DNA from: Chiloscyllium plagiosum
Taxonomy: Eukaryota
Reading direction: 5' to 3'
Length of the DNA: 64,000 nucleotides
Assembly: GCF_004010195.1 (NCBI RefSeq)
Contig: NC_057719.1
Location: forward strand, 84,632,833-84,696,832
Position numbers and translations under genes: made by a program. Positions 50,083-63,905 of the stretch are shown here, piece by piece; the stretch's first letter is position 1; the number at the start of each line of letters is the position of its first letter. The notes beneath the pieces were generated by a model. That model saw nothing but the letters and a program-made list of their open reading frames with translations, ran no database searches and was not told where the DNA came from.

Positions 50083-50718
50083 TACTTATAGTCAGATCCT
50101 GGATTAAATTCCCCAATTAAGGGTATTGTCTTTTTAACTTTTCCAGACAGGCTTCACCAAACTGTTAAACTCCTGGATGAGGAAGGATGAACTGGCTCTC
50201 TTTTAATCACCCACAATCTCAGTTGGTTTCATTGATGTTCATTTGAAAAGGATCTCTTCCATTGTGAATACTTTTCACATTCTTAAAAAGGAACCTATGT
50301 AGCCTCACTTGAATTAACAAAACAGTATGTTTGTTTGTCTTGGGTTTAGTGATTAGTAACACAACACACAGACACACATAAGAGAGGAGTCCAAAAAGAT
50401 ATTAGATATACTGATCAGGCTCTGAAATATTCATGAAAAGCTAGATAGCCATTGTAGTGGAGTTTACGAGTGGCGTTGACTGTGGTATTTGAACAATCCA
50501 TTTAATGATCCTTGGACTCTTAACTGATCAGTGAAACTCATTCTTGTATTTATTTGATTGTTTGAATTTCAGCATTCAAGGTGAGAGTCATATTGTTCTC
50601 CTTTTCCTTTTTGCCTGGCACCCAGCTAGCCAGCTAACTTGCACTCTGAGCAAAAGACTGTCTTTACCTGCAACACAGTTGTGACTATGAGAGTTTTTTT
50701 GAAATTGACCTTCACAGC

Positions 50719-51405
50719 ACATTAACTCACACTGAGGCTAATGCACCTGAGAATGTACAGTGCCACTAGTACACTTCAGTAAAGTTGAAACTGATTCTTA
50801 TTTTCGTTAACCCTTGTCTTTGTATGTCCTTTAAAAGAAAAACAACATAATATGCCTGGAACTTAGAATATGATCCACTGGGATCATTGACTCCTCATTA
50901 TCATATGTTGATGTTTCTGTTTGAATTTTCTTTTGCTCTTAAAGCTGTCAGGTCTCATCAGTCCCACACAACTTTTTCCAGCCAGTCACTGAATTTGCAC
51001 ATCAGTAATTTTGTCACAGTAGCAGTCCTTGTTTTTTAAGAAAAAGAATGTTGGGATTAAGGACTAAAAACATCAGTATTTTTAGGGTTCCGACCAATTA
51101 CTGTAACAACTGGGGTGAACAGATTAATTCATTCCCTGTCATTCCTTGCTCTCCACTTGAGCACAACATAATTTATTTGTGTTTTACTTCATAGCTTGTA
51201 CTTTTTATAATACACCAAGGTCTTCAAATTACATCACAGAAGATAACTGAAACATTTAACTCACACGAAGGCTGCTGTACCTGAGAATGTTCAGTGCCAC
51301 TAGTACACACAAGTAAAGTTGAAACTGATTTTTATTTTTCGTTAGCCCTTGTCCTTCTATGTCCTCTAAAATAAAATAAAACCAAACATGCCTGGAATTT
51401 AGAAT
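50719..51405 (+). repeat. Diverged direct repeat of about 150 bp (50719-50870 and 51252-51405)
   Basis: acctgagaatgt.cagtgccactagtacac...agtaaagttgaaactgatt...atgcctggaa.ttagaat occurs twice, about 533 nt apart. Confidence 0.85.
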
Positions 51406-51518
51406 TTACTGGAATTTATTCTTCTCCACCAATTCAAACAAAGCCTTTCTACTTAAAATGGTTATGTGCTACATCTCCAATCTCTGACACATTTAAATCC
51501 TTTCCCTCTTTAATTTAG

Positions 51519-51606
51519 GAACAGCGTCAACAGAGAAATGAATATGAGGCTTATTTGGATGATATGTTACACAAGATGGATGATTGCCTTGCATCATTAG
51601 ATCTTG
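51519..51606 (+). CDS. KNL1: KNL1 coiled-coil exon (EQRQQRNEYEAYLDDMLHKMDDCLASLDL)
   Basis: taatttag| and G|gtaagt sites; resembles human MDKILKKIDNCLTEME. Confidence 0.9.
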
Positions 51607-53959
51607 GTAAGTAAATATGGACTTGTGTAGCTGAATTTTCTTTTCTTCAATTCCTTCCTCCTCCCCTTCCACTGCAGCAGTAAAAATTGTTCTGTATGTT
51701 ATCTAAAATGATGATTTAGTCGATAGTTTCTGGCAATTAGTGGAGAGATAATTCTGTTGTGGCCTGCAAACCTTTGTCAAATGGTACAGCAGATCAATAT
51801 CCATATCTTTGGGCAGTGTGTCAGTTGGTGTAGTGTATAATTTAGCGTAAATCTTTTTCATATGGCAATGGTAGGGTGTGGTATTATTTGAAATATCATC
51901 TTTCAAGTAACTTGTTTAATGACGATCCAATGTACTTTAATGTCGGATGTAAATAACCTCTGAGCACTATTTAAAATATTATTACTTGTTGACTTGGCAA
52001 CATTTTTATTTACTGCGCCGTTAGGAGCCTTACCACAATGCAATATGCTAGATGCATATGTCCAAGTTTGAGAATAACTAAAGCCTGTTTCCTAACACAG
52101 CCTATCCCATTGAAGTAGAGGTTAATATTCCATTAGCTTTTTTAGTTTAGTTTTTCTGTCTGTGCACTGACCTAATTGATTTTTGCACATGGGTACCTTG
52201 CATCTCTATTGTCTCTTGCAAATTAGAAAATAGTTTGGACTTTCTGGATGCAAAATGGATGACCTTATGCTTTGTCACATGTACCTCCATGCCAGTCTTG
52301 CCCATTCAATCTTGTAACCTTTTTGAGGATATGCAACTTTCTGTACCTTAGTTATTTGTTATCTGAAAATTTGGAGAAAAATGTTATTCTTTCATGCTAG
52401 TGCATACTATGTGGTAGAAAGCTCTGTTTCCAGGACAGATTGGTAGTGAACTGTCTGTTTGCCATAGCCCACCAATCGATGAACACTCCCTTCATCCAGA
52501 CCTATCTCCAAATTGCAAATCCATGACTGTTGCTTTCAATTACAATTTAATTTTTGTTGATCTGTTTCGCTGGCTCTTAAGAAATGCCTGTGAAAGATCA
52601 TCTCAAGCCTGCTTCACATTCAGCAAATTCATAGTTAACCATCAACCTTCATGTCTTTTTCCCACACTGTATCCATATCTTTGTCATTGATATTTAGTAA
52701 TCTGTCAATTTCTAAACCAACACGTTCACTAAGTTTCCACAGATCTCTGGGGTAGAAAATTCTAAAGATCCATAAATGCCTGAGTTTAAAAAAAGAACTC
52801 ATTGTCTCTGACTTTTGTGGCTTCCACTTTATTTTGACATTTGTGTCTTCTAGTTCTAGACTCCCCAACCAAAGAAAACATATATTTCACTTGCATCTAA
52901 CCTGTCTATCCCCTTTCAGTATGTTGGAGGTTTTAATGCAACGGCTTCTCATTCTTCATAACTCTGAGAATACAGGCCAAGTTTGCCCAATTTCTTTTCA
53001 TAGCACAGTCTTGCCATCCGATTAGGTTGACCTAGTCTACATGCAGATTGAAGCCATCCGTGATTTCTTTGTTATCAATACCACATACTTCTCCAGTCTC
53101 CTGATTTAATACAAGGCCCATACTATATACACTGTTTGCTAGCCGATAAACAATGCCTACTAATGTTTGCTCCTTGCTGTTTCTCAATTCCACACAAACA
53201 TATTCCACACTTTGTTATTCCATTTCTGAAATCTTTTATGACTAATATGATCTCATTTCACCTCCGTCTCCTTTTTTGCCTGTGCTATATAAATGCCCAA
53301 TATCCTTGAATATTCAGCTCCTAGTCTTCATTGCTGTGTAGATTTGTTTCTGAAATGGCAATTAAACCATATACATTTACCTCTTTTGTGCCTTCAAGTC
53401 TTCCAACTTGTTGCAAATTCTGTATGCATTCAGGTAGACCGCCCTTAACCTTTGCCTTTTTGACATTATTCTGTAAGCCGACACCATCGTCTGAACTCCT
53501 CGAATGTTATACCGGACGGACTAGGTAGGCCATCTTCGTTTGTTGCTAAATATTCGTAGAAGCTCAAGCGTCAAGCAGATGATCAGTCTCGACATATCCC
53601 AAGCAAAGGACTGGTATCTCTAGATTCCGAGAAACCTCATTAGAGGTTCAGCTCCAGTTATTTTCTTTTTACTCCCATGACAAATCTACAATGTATTGGC
53701 TCAGAACTCCCAGTCAGTTCCTGTGTTTGTGTTTGCACACTTTCTCAATCCATGCTTTCTCTCTAGTGCTGCCTTCTTATTTTTGAACCGGACAGTCACA
53801 TCTACCACCTCTGTCACTTGGTCTTTTCCTGAAAATTAAATCATTTCCAAAGCAATTTGTCATTGCCTGTTAACTTTGGCTCGATGTAAACTGTCCAACC
53901 ATATTTACTGGCATATTGCTACAACTCAAAAACTATCTTTTTGTGCCTTTTTATACATG

Positions 53960-54920
53960 CATTCTCTGCATTCCTAAGGCTACATCTAATTTGCCCCCTC
54001 TGTAACTGGATCCTCCAACTCCTGACCCATAGACTGCAATCAGTAAGATTATGTGACAACATCTCCACCATAATCCTCAACACTAGTGCCCCGCAAGGTT
54101 GTGTACTCAATGCCCTACTATACTCCTTATACACTCACGACTGTGTGGCTTAATTCCACCTCAACTCTGTTTACAAGTTTGCTGACACCACCATTGTAGG
54201 CAGATCTCAAACAATGATGAGACAAAGTAAGGGAAAGAAATTGAGTGATTGGCGGCATGGTGTAAAAATGACAACCTCTCCATCAACATCATCAAAACAA
54301 AGGAGCTGGTCATTGACATCAGGAAGCAGAATGGAGGGCATGCCCCTGTCTACATCAATGGTACTGAGGTGGAGATGTTTAAAGCGTAAAGTTCCTGGTA
54401 GTGCTGATCACCAATAATCTGTCCTGGTCCAACCATTTGACACGATAGTCAAGAAAGCACAATAACACCTCAACTTCCTCTGGAGATTGAGAAAATCTGG
54501 CATTTCCACAAGGACTCTTGCCAATTTTTATCAATACACCATAGAAAACATCCTATCTGGATTCAACACAGTGTAGTATGGTACGTGCTCTTCCCAGTAC
54601 CCAAAATAATCCAAGACCCTTCCCACCACGGTTTTGCACTCTCCCACCCTTTTCCATTGGGCAGAAAATAATGAAGTTTGAAAACGCATACAAGCAGATG
54701 AAGAACAGATTCTTCCCCGCTGTTATCAGACTTTGAATGGACCTCCCAAATGTTCATTCTGATCTCTTTCTGCACCTTCTCTGTAGCTGTAATGTTTATT
54801 CTGCACTGTTTTGCTACTCTGATGCACTTTATGTGGTAAGATCTGCCAGTATTATTCGCAAAACACTTTTTTTTTTCACTGTTTCAATGCATGTGTCAAC
54901 AACAAGTCAAACTCAAACTC
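53960..54920 (+). mobile_element. Rex1/Babar-type LINE 3' portion
   Basis: LCNWIL..LTHR.QSVR...SAPQGCVL..LLYSLYTHDC...YKFAD, followed by a 3' UTR and short tandem tail. Confidence 0.85.
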
Positions 54921-56023
54921 TCGTTCTCCTTCGTTTCATATGCCAATCTTCTTTCTTTTACCAGTTTTAGTTCCTTCCAATTTGAGTTAACCCTCAGATT
55001 TTCATCCCCTGACACGGTAGTTCAGACTCTCTCAAATAAACTTTCTGTGAGAATATTAATCTTGCTTTTATCCAACTTTAACTGCCCAGCTTGTTCACAT
55101 CCCAATGCCTCAGAAAATATACGCCCTTCCTTCCACACTAATTCTCCAGCAATATGTTCAACTGACCAATCTTCCTCTTCCTGTACTCACTGCCCATGGT
55201 ACTGGGAATAATCTTGAGATTACTGCTTTTCAGGTTCTCATTTTCAATTTTCTTCCTAACTCCCTGAAATCTGCTTTCACGATCCTCTTCCTATCATGTT
55301 TGTACTACTGGAAGATGCCCTCTAGCTGTTCACACTCTCTCCTCCCGAATGATATTCTGCTGCCATCCCAGGTATCTTTGACATTTACTGTTGCAGACAA
55401 GGTCTATTTGATCTCGTGACTATGGAATCCTCTATCTCTATTGCTCTTCCACTCTGATTCCTCCCTCCTTGTACAAAAGAATCACCATGGTGCCAGAGAG
55501 TTGGGTCTGACTGCAGATTCCTGCAAAATCATAACCCTTATCAGTGTCCAAAATTGAATATCAATCATCAGCCAAGGTACTTGAGTGACTTCTGCACCAC
55601 CTACCTGGTTCTCTTGTATTAACTCAATCAAATGTGACCTACTCTACACACACCCACATTAACATTTGGTATTATAGTTGTTCAAGTGCTTTGTCCCATT
55701 AATAGATTTCAGTAAGTTTCCCATAGCTTGTGTTTAACTGAGAAGACTAGAGTTTTGTGTTTTCCATCATTCCTTAAAATAGTAGTGATGTTGAGATTTT
55801 CCAATCCAAAATCACATATCTCAAATCTAGAAAGCTTTGGAAAATTATAATTAACATATACAAAAATGTGAGAAAATTCCACTAATATCCTGGATTGGAA
55901 ATGCTCATTTCATACACATTTGTTTATCGTATGTCTCATTGTATTTGCAGTTATCTAACCTTCATATATTAAATTCCTTAATTTATTTTTCTTGAAAATT
56001 AATGTGTTTTCTCTCGAATGTAG

Positions 56024-56119
56024 CAAATTTAGATCATCTGGGTGAGAGCAGTGCCGATGTCATTGACAATGATGATAGTATTACACAGCTGGAGCAAACT
56101 GTGCATGACAGACATGAGG
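56024..56119 (+). CDS. KNL1: KNL1 exon (ANLDHLGESSADVIDNDDSITQLEQTVHDRHE)
   Basis: aatgtag| and G|gtaagc sites; phase 1 to phase 1 fits both neighbours. Confidence 0.8.
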
Positions 56120-57094
56120 GTAAGCAATTGGATAGCAAAATAAGTAGGCATGAGGAAAAAATCTTATTGGTTATAGAAATCATATTTGTGTAGGTGGTTC
56201 AGATTTTGATATTTGAAAATTGACATTTAAAACTGAAGCATGTCATGGATGCAAATTATAGTCAGTTCTGACAAGTTTAAGCAAATCCTCTAGCATGTGT
56301 GCTTTGCCACTTGAACACTATTATTTTAGGAAACAACTCTGATATCAAACCATTTGGCTAAATTTCTATTTTTAATTCGAAAGCTAAGATTTGAAAAAAA
56401 AAATTATGCTGAGTATGGAAATATAAGGTCCGCTTTAATTTGACTTCTCTCTGTTTCTCCCTCTTGGTCACTTTGTTTGTGTCTCATTTTCCTACCTATA
56501 CGTTTGAAGTATTTTCTTTGGGGAGTAGCTGGAAAGCTACATTCTGTGACATCTAATTTTTTGGGGGGGGTATGAATGAACTTAAAACTGATTGGATTTA
56601 AGTCTTCACAGTTGAAATAATTCCACAAGAAAATTTGCTGCTTCATAGAGCAAAATATCTCCTCTCATTGCACTAATTTGGAACTCAGGTACTGGAAAGA
56701 AATGTAAAGTGACTTGGAGAGATGCTTTTCAGGTTATGTTGAAAGGAGTCATGTTGCTGTGCTATAGGGGGAGCTATACATGGCCGTTGTATTGTTTTAG
56801 CTTTTCATCTGTTTGATGCTGATAAGTAACTAAAAAAGGATTGTTCACAAGCACTGAAGATCTTCACATTGAAGATACAAAATTTCCTTTAGTCCTTAAT
56901 GTGTGAATGAATGGCTTATTCTTACTTAGCTCCTTGAAATACCAGTTTATGTTCTGGTGCATGATGCAGCTCAATAATAGTAGTAATAATTTGGGTTTGA
57001 CAACCAAAGAATAAAAATGTGTAAAATTGGCAGATAATTTAAATGTTATATTTTTCAATACTGCTCTAAATAACTCAGCTCATTTTCTGTACAG

Positions 57095-57134
57095 AGCTGA
57101 AGAAACTTCAAGCAGAATACTGTGAAGTGGAAAG
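57095..57134 (+). CDS. KNL1: KNL1 exon (ELKKLQAEYCEVE)
   Basis: ttctgtacag| and AG|gtatgt sites; resembles human ELEQLKTEEEELQ; phases compatible. Confidence 0.85.
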
Positions 57135-57267
57135 GTATGTTTTATACCATTGTGTTTGTTAATGTGTTTTTTTTCCCAGCTATTTTACTATAGTTCAGCT
57201 TTCAGGATTGGATCTGTATTTCTCAATGATTCTGTCATTTGAATGTTTGTTTAAAAACAAATATATA

Positions 57268-59592
57268 GAGTCATAGAATCATAGAGACGTACAGCACGGA
57301 AACAGACCCTTCGGTCCAACTCATCCATGCCAACCAGCTATCTTAACCTAACCTAGTCCCATTTGCTAGCACTTGGCCCATATCCCTCTAAACCCTTCGA
57401 ATTCATATACCCATCCAATGCCTTTAAATGCTGTAATTGTATCAGCCTCCACCACTTTCTCTGGCAGCTCATTCCATACACTCACCACCTTCTGCATGAA
57501 AATGTTGCCCCGTAGGCCCCTTTTATATCTTTCCCTTCTTGCCCTAAACTTGTGCCCGCTAGTTCTGGACACCCCCACGCCAGGGAAAAGACAATATCTA
57601 TTTAGAGTCATAGAGACGAACAGCATGGAAACAGACCCTCCAGTCCAACCCGTCCATGCCGACCAGATATCCCAACCCAATCTAGTCCCACCTGCCAGCA
57701 CCCCATATTCCTCCAAACCCTTCCTATTCATATACCCATCCAAATGCCTCTTAAATGTTGCAATTGTTCCAGCCTCCACCACTTCCTCTGGCAGTTCATT
57801 CCATACACGAAGCACTTTCTGCGTGAAAAAGTTGCCCGTTGGGTCTCTTTTATATCTTTCCCCACCCACCCTAAACCTATGCCCTCTAACTCTAGACTCC
57901 CCGACCCCAGGGAAAAGACTTTTGCCTATTTACCCTATCCTCATAATTTTGTAAACCTCTATAAGGTTACCCCTCAGCCTCCGACACTCCATGATCTTAT
58001 AAACCTCAATAAGCTCATCCCTCAGCCTCTGATGCTCCAGGGTAAACAACCCCAGCCTATTCAGCCTCTCTCTATAGCTGAAGCCCTCCTACCCTAACAA
58101 CATGCTTGTAAATCTTTTCTGAACCCTTTCAAGTTTTACAACATCCTTCCAATTGAAAGGAGACCAGAATTGCATGCAATATTACAAAGTGGCCTAACCA
58201 ATGCCCTGACCAATAAAGGAGAGCATACCAAATGTCGCCTTCACTATCCTATCTACTTGCGACTCTACTTTCAAGGAACTATGAATCTGCACTCCAAGGT
58301 CTCTTTGTTCAGCAACACTCCCTCGGACCTTACCATTAAATGTATAAGTCCTGCTAAGGTTTGCTTTCCCAAAATGCAGTACATCTCATTTATATAAATT
58401 AAATTTCATCTGCCATTCCTCAGTCCATTGGCCCACCTGATCAAGATCCCTTTGTACTCTGAGGTAACCTTCTTTACTGTCCACTACACCCAATTTTGGT
58501 GTCATCTGCAAAGTTACTAACTATACCTCCTATGTTCACCTCCAAACCATTTATATATAAATGACGAAAAGCAGTGGACCCAGCACCAATCCTTGTGGAA
58601 CACCATTGGTCACAGGCCTCCAGTCTGCAAAGCAACCCTCCACTACCACCTTCGAGCTACAAGCCTTTTCTGCATCCAAATAGCTGGTTCTCCATGTATT
58701 CCATTAGATCTGACCTCGCTAACCAGTCTCCCATGTCGAACGCCTTACTGAAGTCCATATGAGTTGCGTCTTTCGCTCTGTCCTCACCAATCCTCTTTGT
58801 TACTTCTTTAAAAAACTCAATCATGTTCGGGAGACATGATTTCCCAAGGACAAAACCATGCTGACTATCCCTACTCAGCCCTTGCCTTTCCAAATACATG
58901 GGAATCCTGTCCCTCAGGATTCCCTCCACCAACTTGCCCACCACTGATGTCAGGCTCACCAGTCTATAGTTCCTTGGCTTTTCTTTACCACCGTTCTTGA
59001 ATAGTTGCACCACGATAGCCAACCTGCAGTCTTCCAGCACTTCACCTGTGATTATCATTGATACAAATAATCAAGGGACCCAGCAATCACTTCTGTAGCT
59101 TCCCACAGAGTTCTTGGGTACACCTGATCAGGTCCTGGGGCTTTATCCACTTTTATGCATTCCAAGTCATCCAGCACCTGTAATATGGGCATTGTTCAAG
59201 ATGTCATCATCTATTTCCCCACAAGCTATATTTTCCACGTTCTTTTCCACAGTAAACACTGATGCAAAATACTCATTTAGATTCTTCCCCATCTCCTGCA
59301 GCTCCACACATCGGCTGCCTTGTTGATGTATTCTCTCCCTAGTTACCCTTTTGTCCGTAATGTATTTGTAAACACCCTTTGGATTCTCCTTAACCCTATT
59401 TGCCAAAGCTATCTCATGTCTTCTTTTTATCCTCCTGATTTCCCTCTTAAGTATACCCCTAAAGCCTTTATACTCTTCTAAGGATTCACTCGATCTCTGC
59501 TATCTAAACCTGACATATGCTTTCTTCTTTTTCTTAAGCAAAACCTCAATTTCTCTGGTCTTCCAGCATTCCCTATACATACTAGCCTTTCT
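57268..59592 (-). mobile_element. Two tandem CR1 3' ends (57268-57600 and 57605-59592), the second extending through RT
   Basis: Two gagtcatagagac...cagca.ggaaacagaccct termini; NYRLVSLTSVVGKLVEGILRD on the minus strand. Confidence 0.93.
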
Positions 59593-60559
59593 ATCTGAAC
59601 TTTAGTGTTTGTTCCAATTCAATATTTGCTCACACTGAGATACAAAGAGTGATTTTTCATCTTTGAACAGACACCAGTTTCAATTTTGCTAGTTAAACTG
59701 AAAATTTATGTTCAATTCAGTAATTATTCATTGATTTAGGTGCAAATTTGAGTGAATCTCAGAACGATTGCACAGATAGTTGAGAAATCTAAATTTTAAG
59801 GATGGGTTTAAGAGATGCATAAAAGAGGATGGTGAGAATTGGTGAGCATAATAACATATAAATAAATGGATTTTTAGTTTTCAATTGAGTTAAGGTAACG
59901 TTTTTTTTCAAAGCTCAAAAACGCATGTGTTCGGAAATGGATAGAAACAACATTTCCTAGAAATATGTTTTAAGCTAGTTGACTAAATGTGCTACCTGAT
60001 AAAATAAATGCCTTAAGTGTTGATTAAATCGAGCTTTTGTAATCCAGAGAGGGAGACAGCTGGCTAACAGCCAATAGTAGGTCTATTTCAGAGAGAAAAG
60101 ATTGTCCGTATCAGCAGAAGGTTTAGTTTTGGCAGTCTCCAGGCTATCAGATATAAATATAGTCATCAGCCATTTTACCAGTCCAAGTATACAACTTGAA
60201 AAAAGCCCAGATCTTTTGTTAGAGTTCAGTGAATTAGTCGGTGTGTCTAGTGGAGAGACAGTTACAGTGAGAAACACGTGGTGAATGTGCAGAAAGTTGC
60301 CAAAAGGGAACACTTATGAACTGATCTGTCAAGTAAGAAATTAAAGTGGATAGCAGACTGATAATTCACTAAAAAGCATGGTTTCACTTTGGAATCTAGT
60401 TTGTCCAGTATTGCCACCAGCTGGGTTCATAACAGTAACACCCGTATTTATATACTGAACCAGCTAGGTTTCTCTTCTGTACCAATCACCCAGGCTGTTA
60501 ATAGCAGAGGATTCAGAGATGTTGAATGTCAAGAGGAGATAGTTCGATTTTATTTTGGT

Positions 60560-60780
60560 GATGATAGCTGTTGTCAGGCATTTGTGGCATGAGTGCTACT
60601 TGCCACTTACTAGCCAACTCTGAATATTATGCAGGTCTTGCTGCAAGAATGGAAGTACCTTCATCAGCTGAGGAACTGCTAATGCCACTGAACATTGCAC
60701 AGTCATCAGCAAAAACTCCCATTTCTGCCCTTGAACAGGAAGGAAGGTCATTATTATAGAGGGTGATGGTGGTTTTTGTA
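60560..60780 (-). mobile_element. LINE RT fragment (CR1/L2 group)
   Basis: YNNDLPS...MGVFADDC on the minus strand. Confidence 0.65.
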
Positions 60781-61671
60781 TGTTGCAATCTTAAAGAATG
60801 CTCAAGGACACAAGAAATCAATGTAGTAGTAGACTGTAAGACCTGTTGAACCTGTCCTGCCATTCAGTATGATCATAGTTGACCTTGTGCTCCAACTCTA
60901 TTTTCCCGCCAGCACCTCTGCTTCCAATAACCTTGATTCCCTGAAATAACAATAATCTGACTCTGCCAACTTTTTCTGCATTCTACAATACAGTATCTCC
61001 AATGTTCTGAAGTAGATTCCGAAGACGGTCATTTGAAACAATTTGTCCATATATCTCATTCTAAATGATTATCCCCCTTTATCCTGAGACTGTTCCCTGA
61101 TGTTTTAGATTTCCTGACCAGTGAAAGCAACATCTTGGCATCTACCCTGTAAAACCTACGTGATTCTGAAGGGGATTCAATGAGATTTTTTCTCATTCTT
61201 CTAAACTCAAGAGACCATGGATCCAATTTACTCAGCTTCTCATTCCAGGGACTGATCCATTGAACCTTTTGCACCAATAGAAGTATGCCCTTAATTATGG
61301 AGATCAAAACTGCCCAAACTTATCTAAATTTGGCCTTACCACAACTTGGTACAATTGTGGCATGCTCTCTTTATTTCTGTACACCAATCTCTTGCAACAA
61401 AGACCAACTAATCTCTTGAGTACTTGCATGCTGACTTTGTTTTCTATGTATGCACACACTAACATGTCTTTTGAAATCATTTACAAGTTTCTCACATTTT
61501 TTTAAATAAAAAGTTTTTCTATTCTTACCACCACGTTGAATAGCCTCTCACATCCGCATTATCTGTCGTGTTGTCTACTCAATTTATCGTAATTCGGTTA
61601 ATTTTCATCCTAAAATGTATTCTTGATTCTTGAACTGTTTTATTAATACCATTTAATATTTTTTCCTTCAG

Positions 61672-61752
61672 TCAACTCGCCAAAGTTCTTAATGAAAAAG
61701 AACTACAGGAAAAGGCTGCCAATATGTGGGATCTAAAAGAAGAGTTCCAGGA
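61672..61752 (+). CDS. KNL1: KNL1 exon (SQLAKVLNEKELQEKAANMWDLKEEFQ); gene continues beyond the window
   Basis: ttttccttcag| and GA|gtgagt sites; phase-2 entry matches the previous exon; coiled-coil character. Confidence 0.8.
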
Positions 61753-61779
61753 GTGAGTACCAAAGCAAGTAGTTACTGT

Positions 61780-63905
61780 AAGAAATAAGAATTGGAGTAA
61801 TTTGTTCAGCCCCTTGGGCCTGCTCCATTCAATCGGATCATGACTGATCCAACATTCCTCACGTCTATTTCTTCTTTCCCAGTAACCGTACTGATGAAGA
61901 ATGAGTCTATCTCCACCTTAAATTAACAGAAGGACTCTGCCCCCACAGCTCTCTATAGCAAGGAGTTCCAAAGATACTCAACCCTTTGCGAGAAGAAATT
62001 CCCCCTCATCTCATTAAATAGGTGCCCTTTATTCTGAGACTACATCCTCTACTTCTAGATTCTCCCATGAGGGGAAACATTGTCTCAGCATTGACCATGA
62101 TAACCCCCTTAAGAATTCTATATGTTTCAATGAGATCACTTGTCTTTCTTTTAAACTCCAGTGTTTAGTCTTTACTCATAAGGCAGTCCCTCCATACCAG
62201 GGATCATCGGAGTGAACCTTCTCGGAACTGTCTACAATGGAATGATACCTTTCATTAAATAACAAGACCAAAACTGTTCACTATTGCAGATGTGGCCTCA
62301 TCCGCACCTTGTATGGTTGAAGTAAGACTCCCCTACTAATACTCCAACTCTTTATAAGGACCAACATTCCATTAGCCTTCCTGACTGCTTGTACACCTGT
62401 GTGATGTTTTGTGTACAAGTACCTCTAGTCCCATTATGTTGCAACTTGCTGCAGTTTTTCTCCATTTAAATAATATTCTATTCTTTGGTTCTCCCTTCCA
62501 AACTAAACAACTTTAAATTTTTTCTGCATTATACTCAATTTGCCAACTTCTTGCCTATTTACTTAACCTATCATTCTCTCTCTGTAATTGATTTGTATTC
62601 CTCTTAGAAACTGCCTTTCCATCTATTTTTGGCTACAGTAATTCATTTCTTTCTTCCAAGTATCGTGTATTGTGGTCCCAGCAATGATTCCTGAGGACCC
62701 CACTGCCAACCTGACAAAGAATACCTTTTGTCCACTCAGTGTTTCCTACCAATGTCAGTACACCACCGCCAACATTAGCTGTTATGACTTAATCTTTTGT
62801 GCTGTACTTTGTTGAACACCTTGTGGAAGTCCAAATACAATGTTGTTACAATGCTATACAAATATCAGTTCTGCTCTATCCATCTGGTTGAGATGTCCTC
62901 AAAAAGCTCCAATAAATTAGTCAAACATAATTTCCCTTTTCATGAAGTCATTTTTGACTCAACATGATTAGATTATGATTTTCCAAATGTTTTGCTATTA
63001 CTTTTTTAATAATTGATTCCAATACTTTTCCAACAATAGATTTTGGTCTCATTAGCCGACAGTTACCTTTCTTTGCCTTTCCTTTTTGATTAGAGCTGTC
63101 ACACTGGTAGTTTTCCAATCCTGTGGGACTTCTCCAAAAACCAAGGATTTTTGGAAAATTACAATCAATGCATCCACTATCTCTAGGTACCACTTTTAGG
63201 ATCCTAGAATGCAAGCCATCAGGGTCAGTGGACTGATCTGCCTTTAGCCCCATTAGTTTGTCTAATACTACTTCTGTAGTATTAATTTCTCCTTTAATAT
63301 TCCTTTGTATTAATGGAATGTTCAAAGTATCTTCCACTGAGAAGACTGATACATTTCCTTGTTTCTTAAAACTGTCCCCCCAGATTCATTTTCTAAGGGG
63401 CCTATGTTTACTTTAATCTCTCTCTCGTTCCTATATTTAAAGGTGCTTTTATTGTCAGTTCCTTTATTCTTTGCTAGTTTGCCATCATATAATCTTTTTA
63501 GTCTTCCTTTGCTGGCCTCTGAATTTATCCCAGTCTTTGGGAGCTGTCACTGACTTTGGCCTCCTTTCTATATGGTTTATCTTTGAATATTCTCATAACT
63601 TCCTTGTTTAGCCATAGTTGATTTATCACACTAGAATCTTTCCTCTTTACTGGATATATTTTTGCTGATAGACATGAATTACCTTCATAAATGTCTGCCA
63701 TTGTTTGCTTACTGTCATTCCTGCCCAGTCACCTTTTAGCTAATTCCATTCTCAATTCATTGTAAATCTCTTTAAACACAGTTGTTTCCAAAATAAGTTT
63801 CTCACTCTCAAACTGAATATTAAATTCACTATGTTATAATCACTACTTCCTAGCAGGTCTTCTACTCTGTCATTTATTAAACCTGTCTTATTACCAGATC
63901 CGAGA
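61780..63905 (-). mobile_element. Decayed CR1 LINE
   Basis: VLDKLMGLKADQSTDPDGLHSRILK, SIVGKVLESIIK; (AAGAAAT)-type tail at 61780. Confidence 0.85.
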
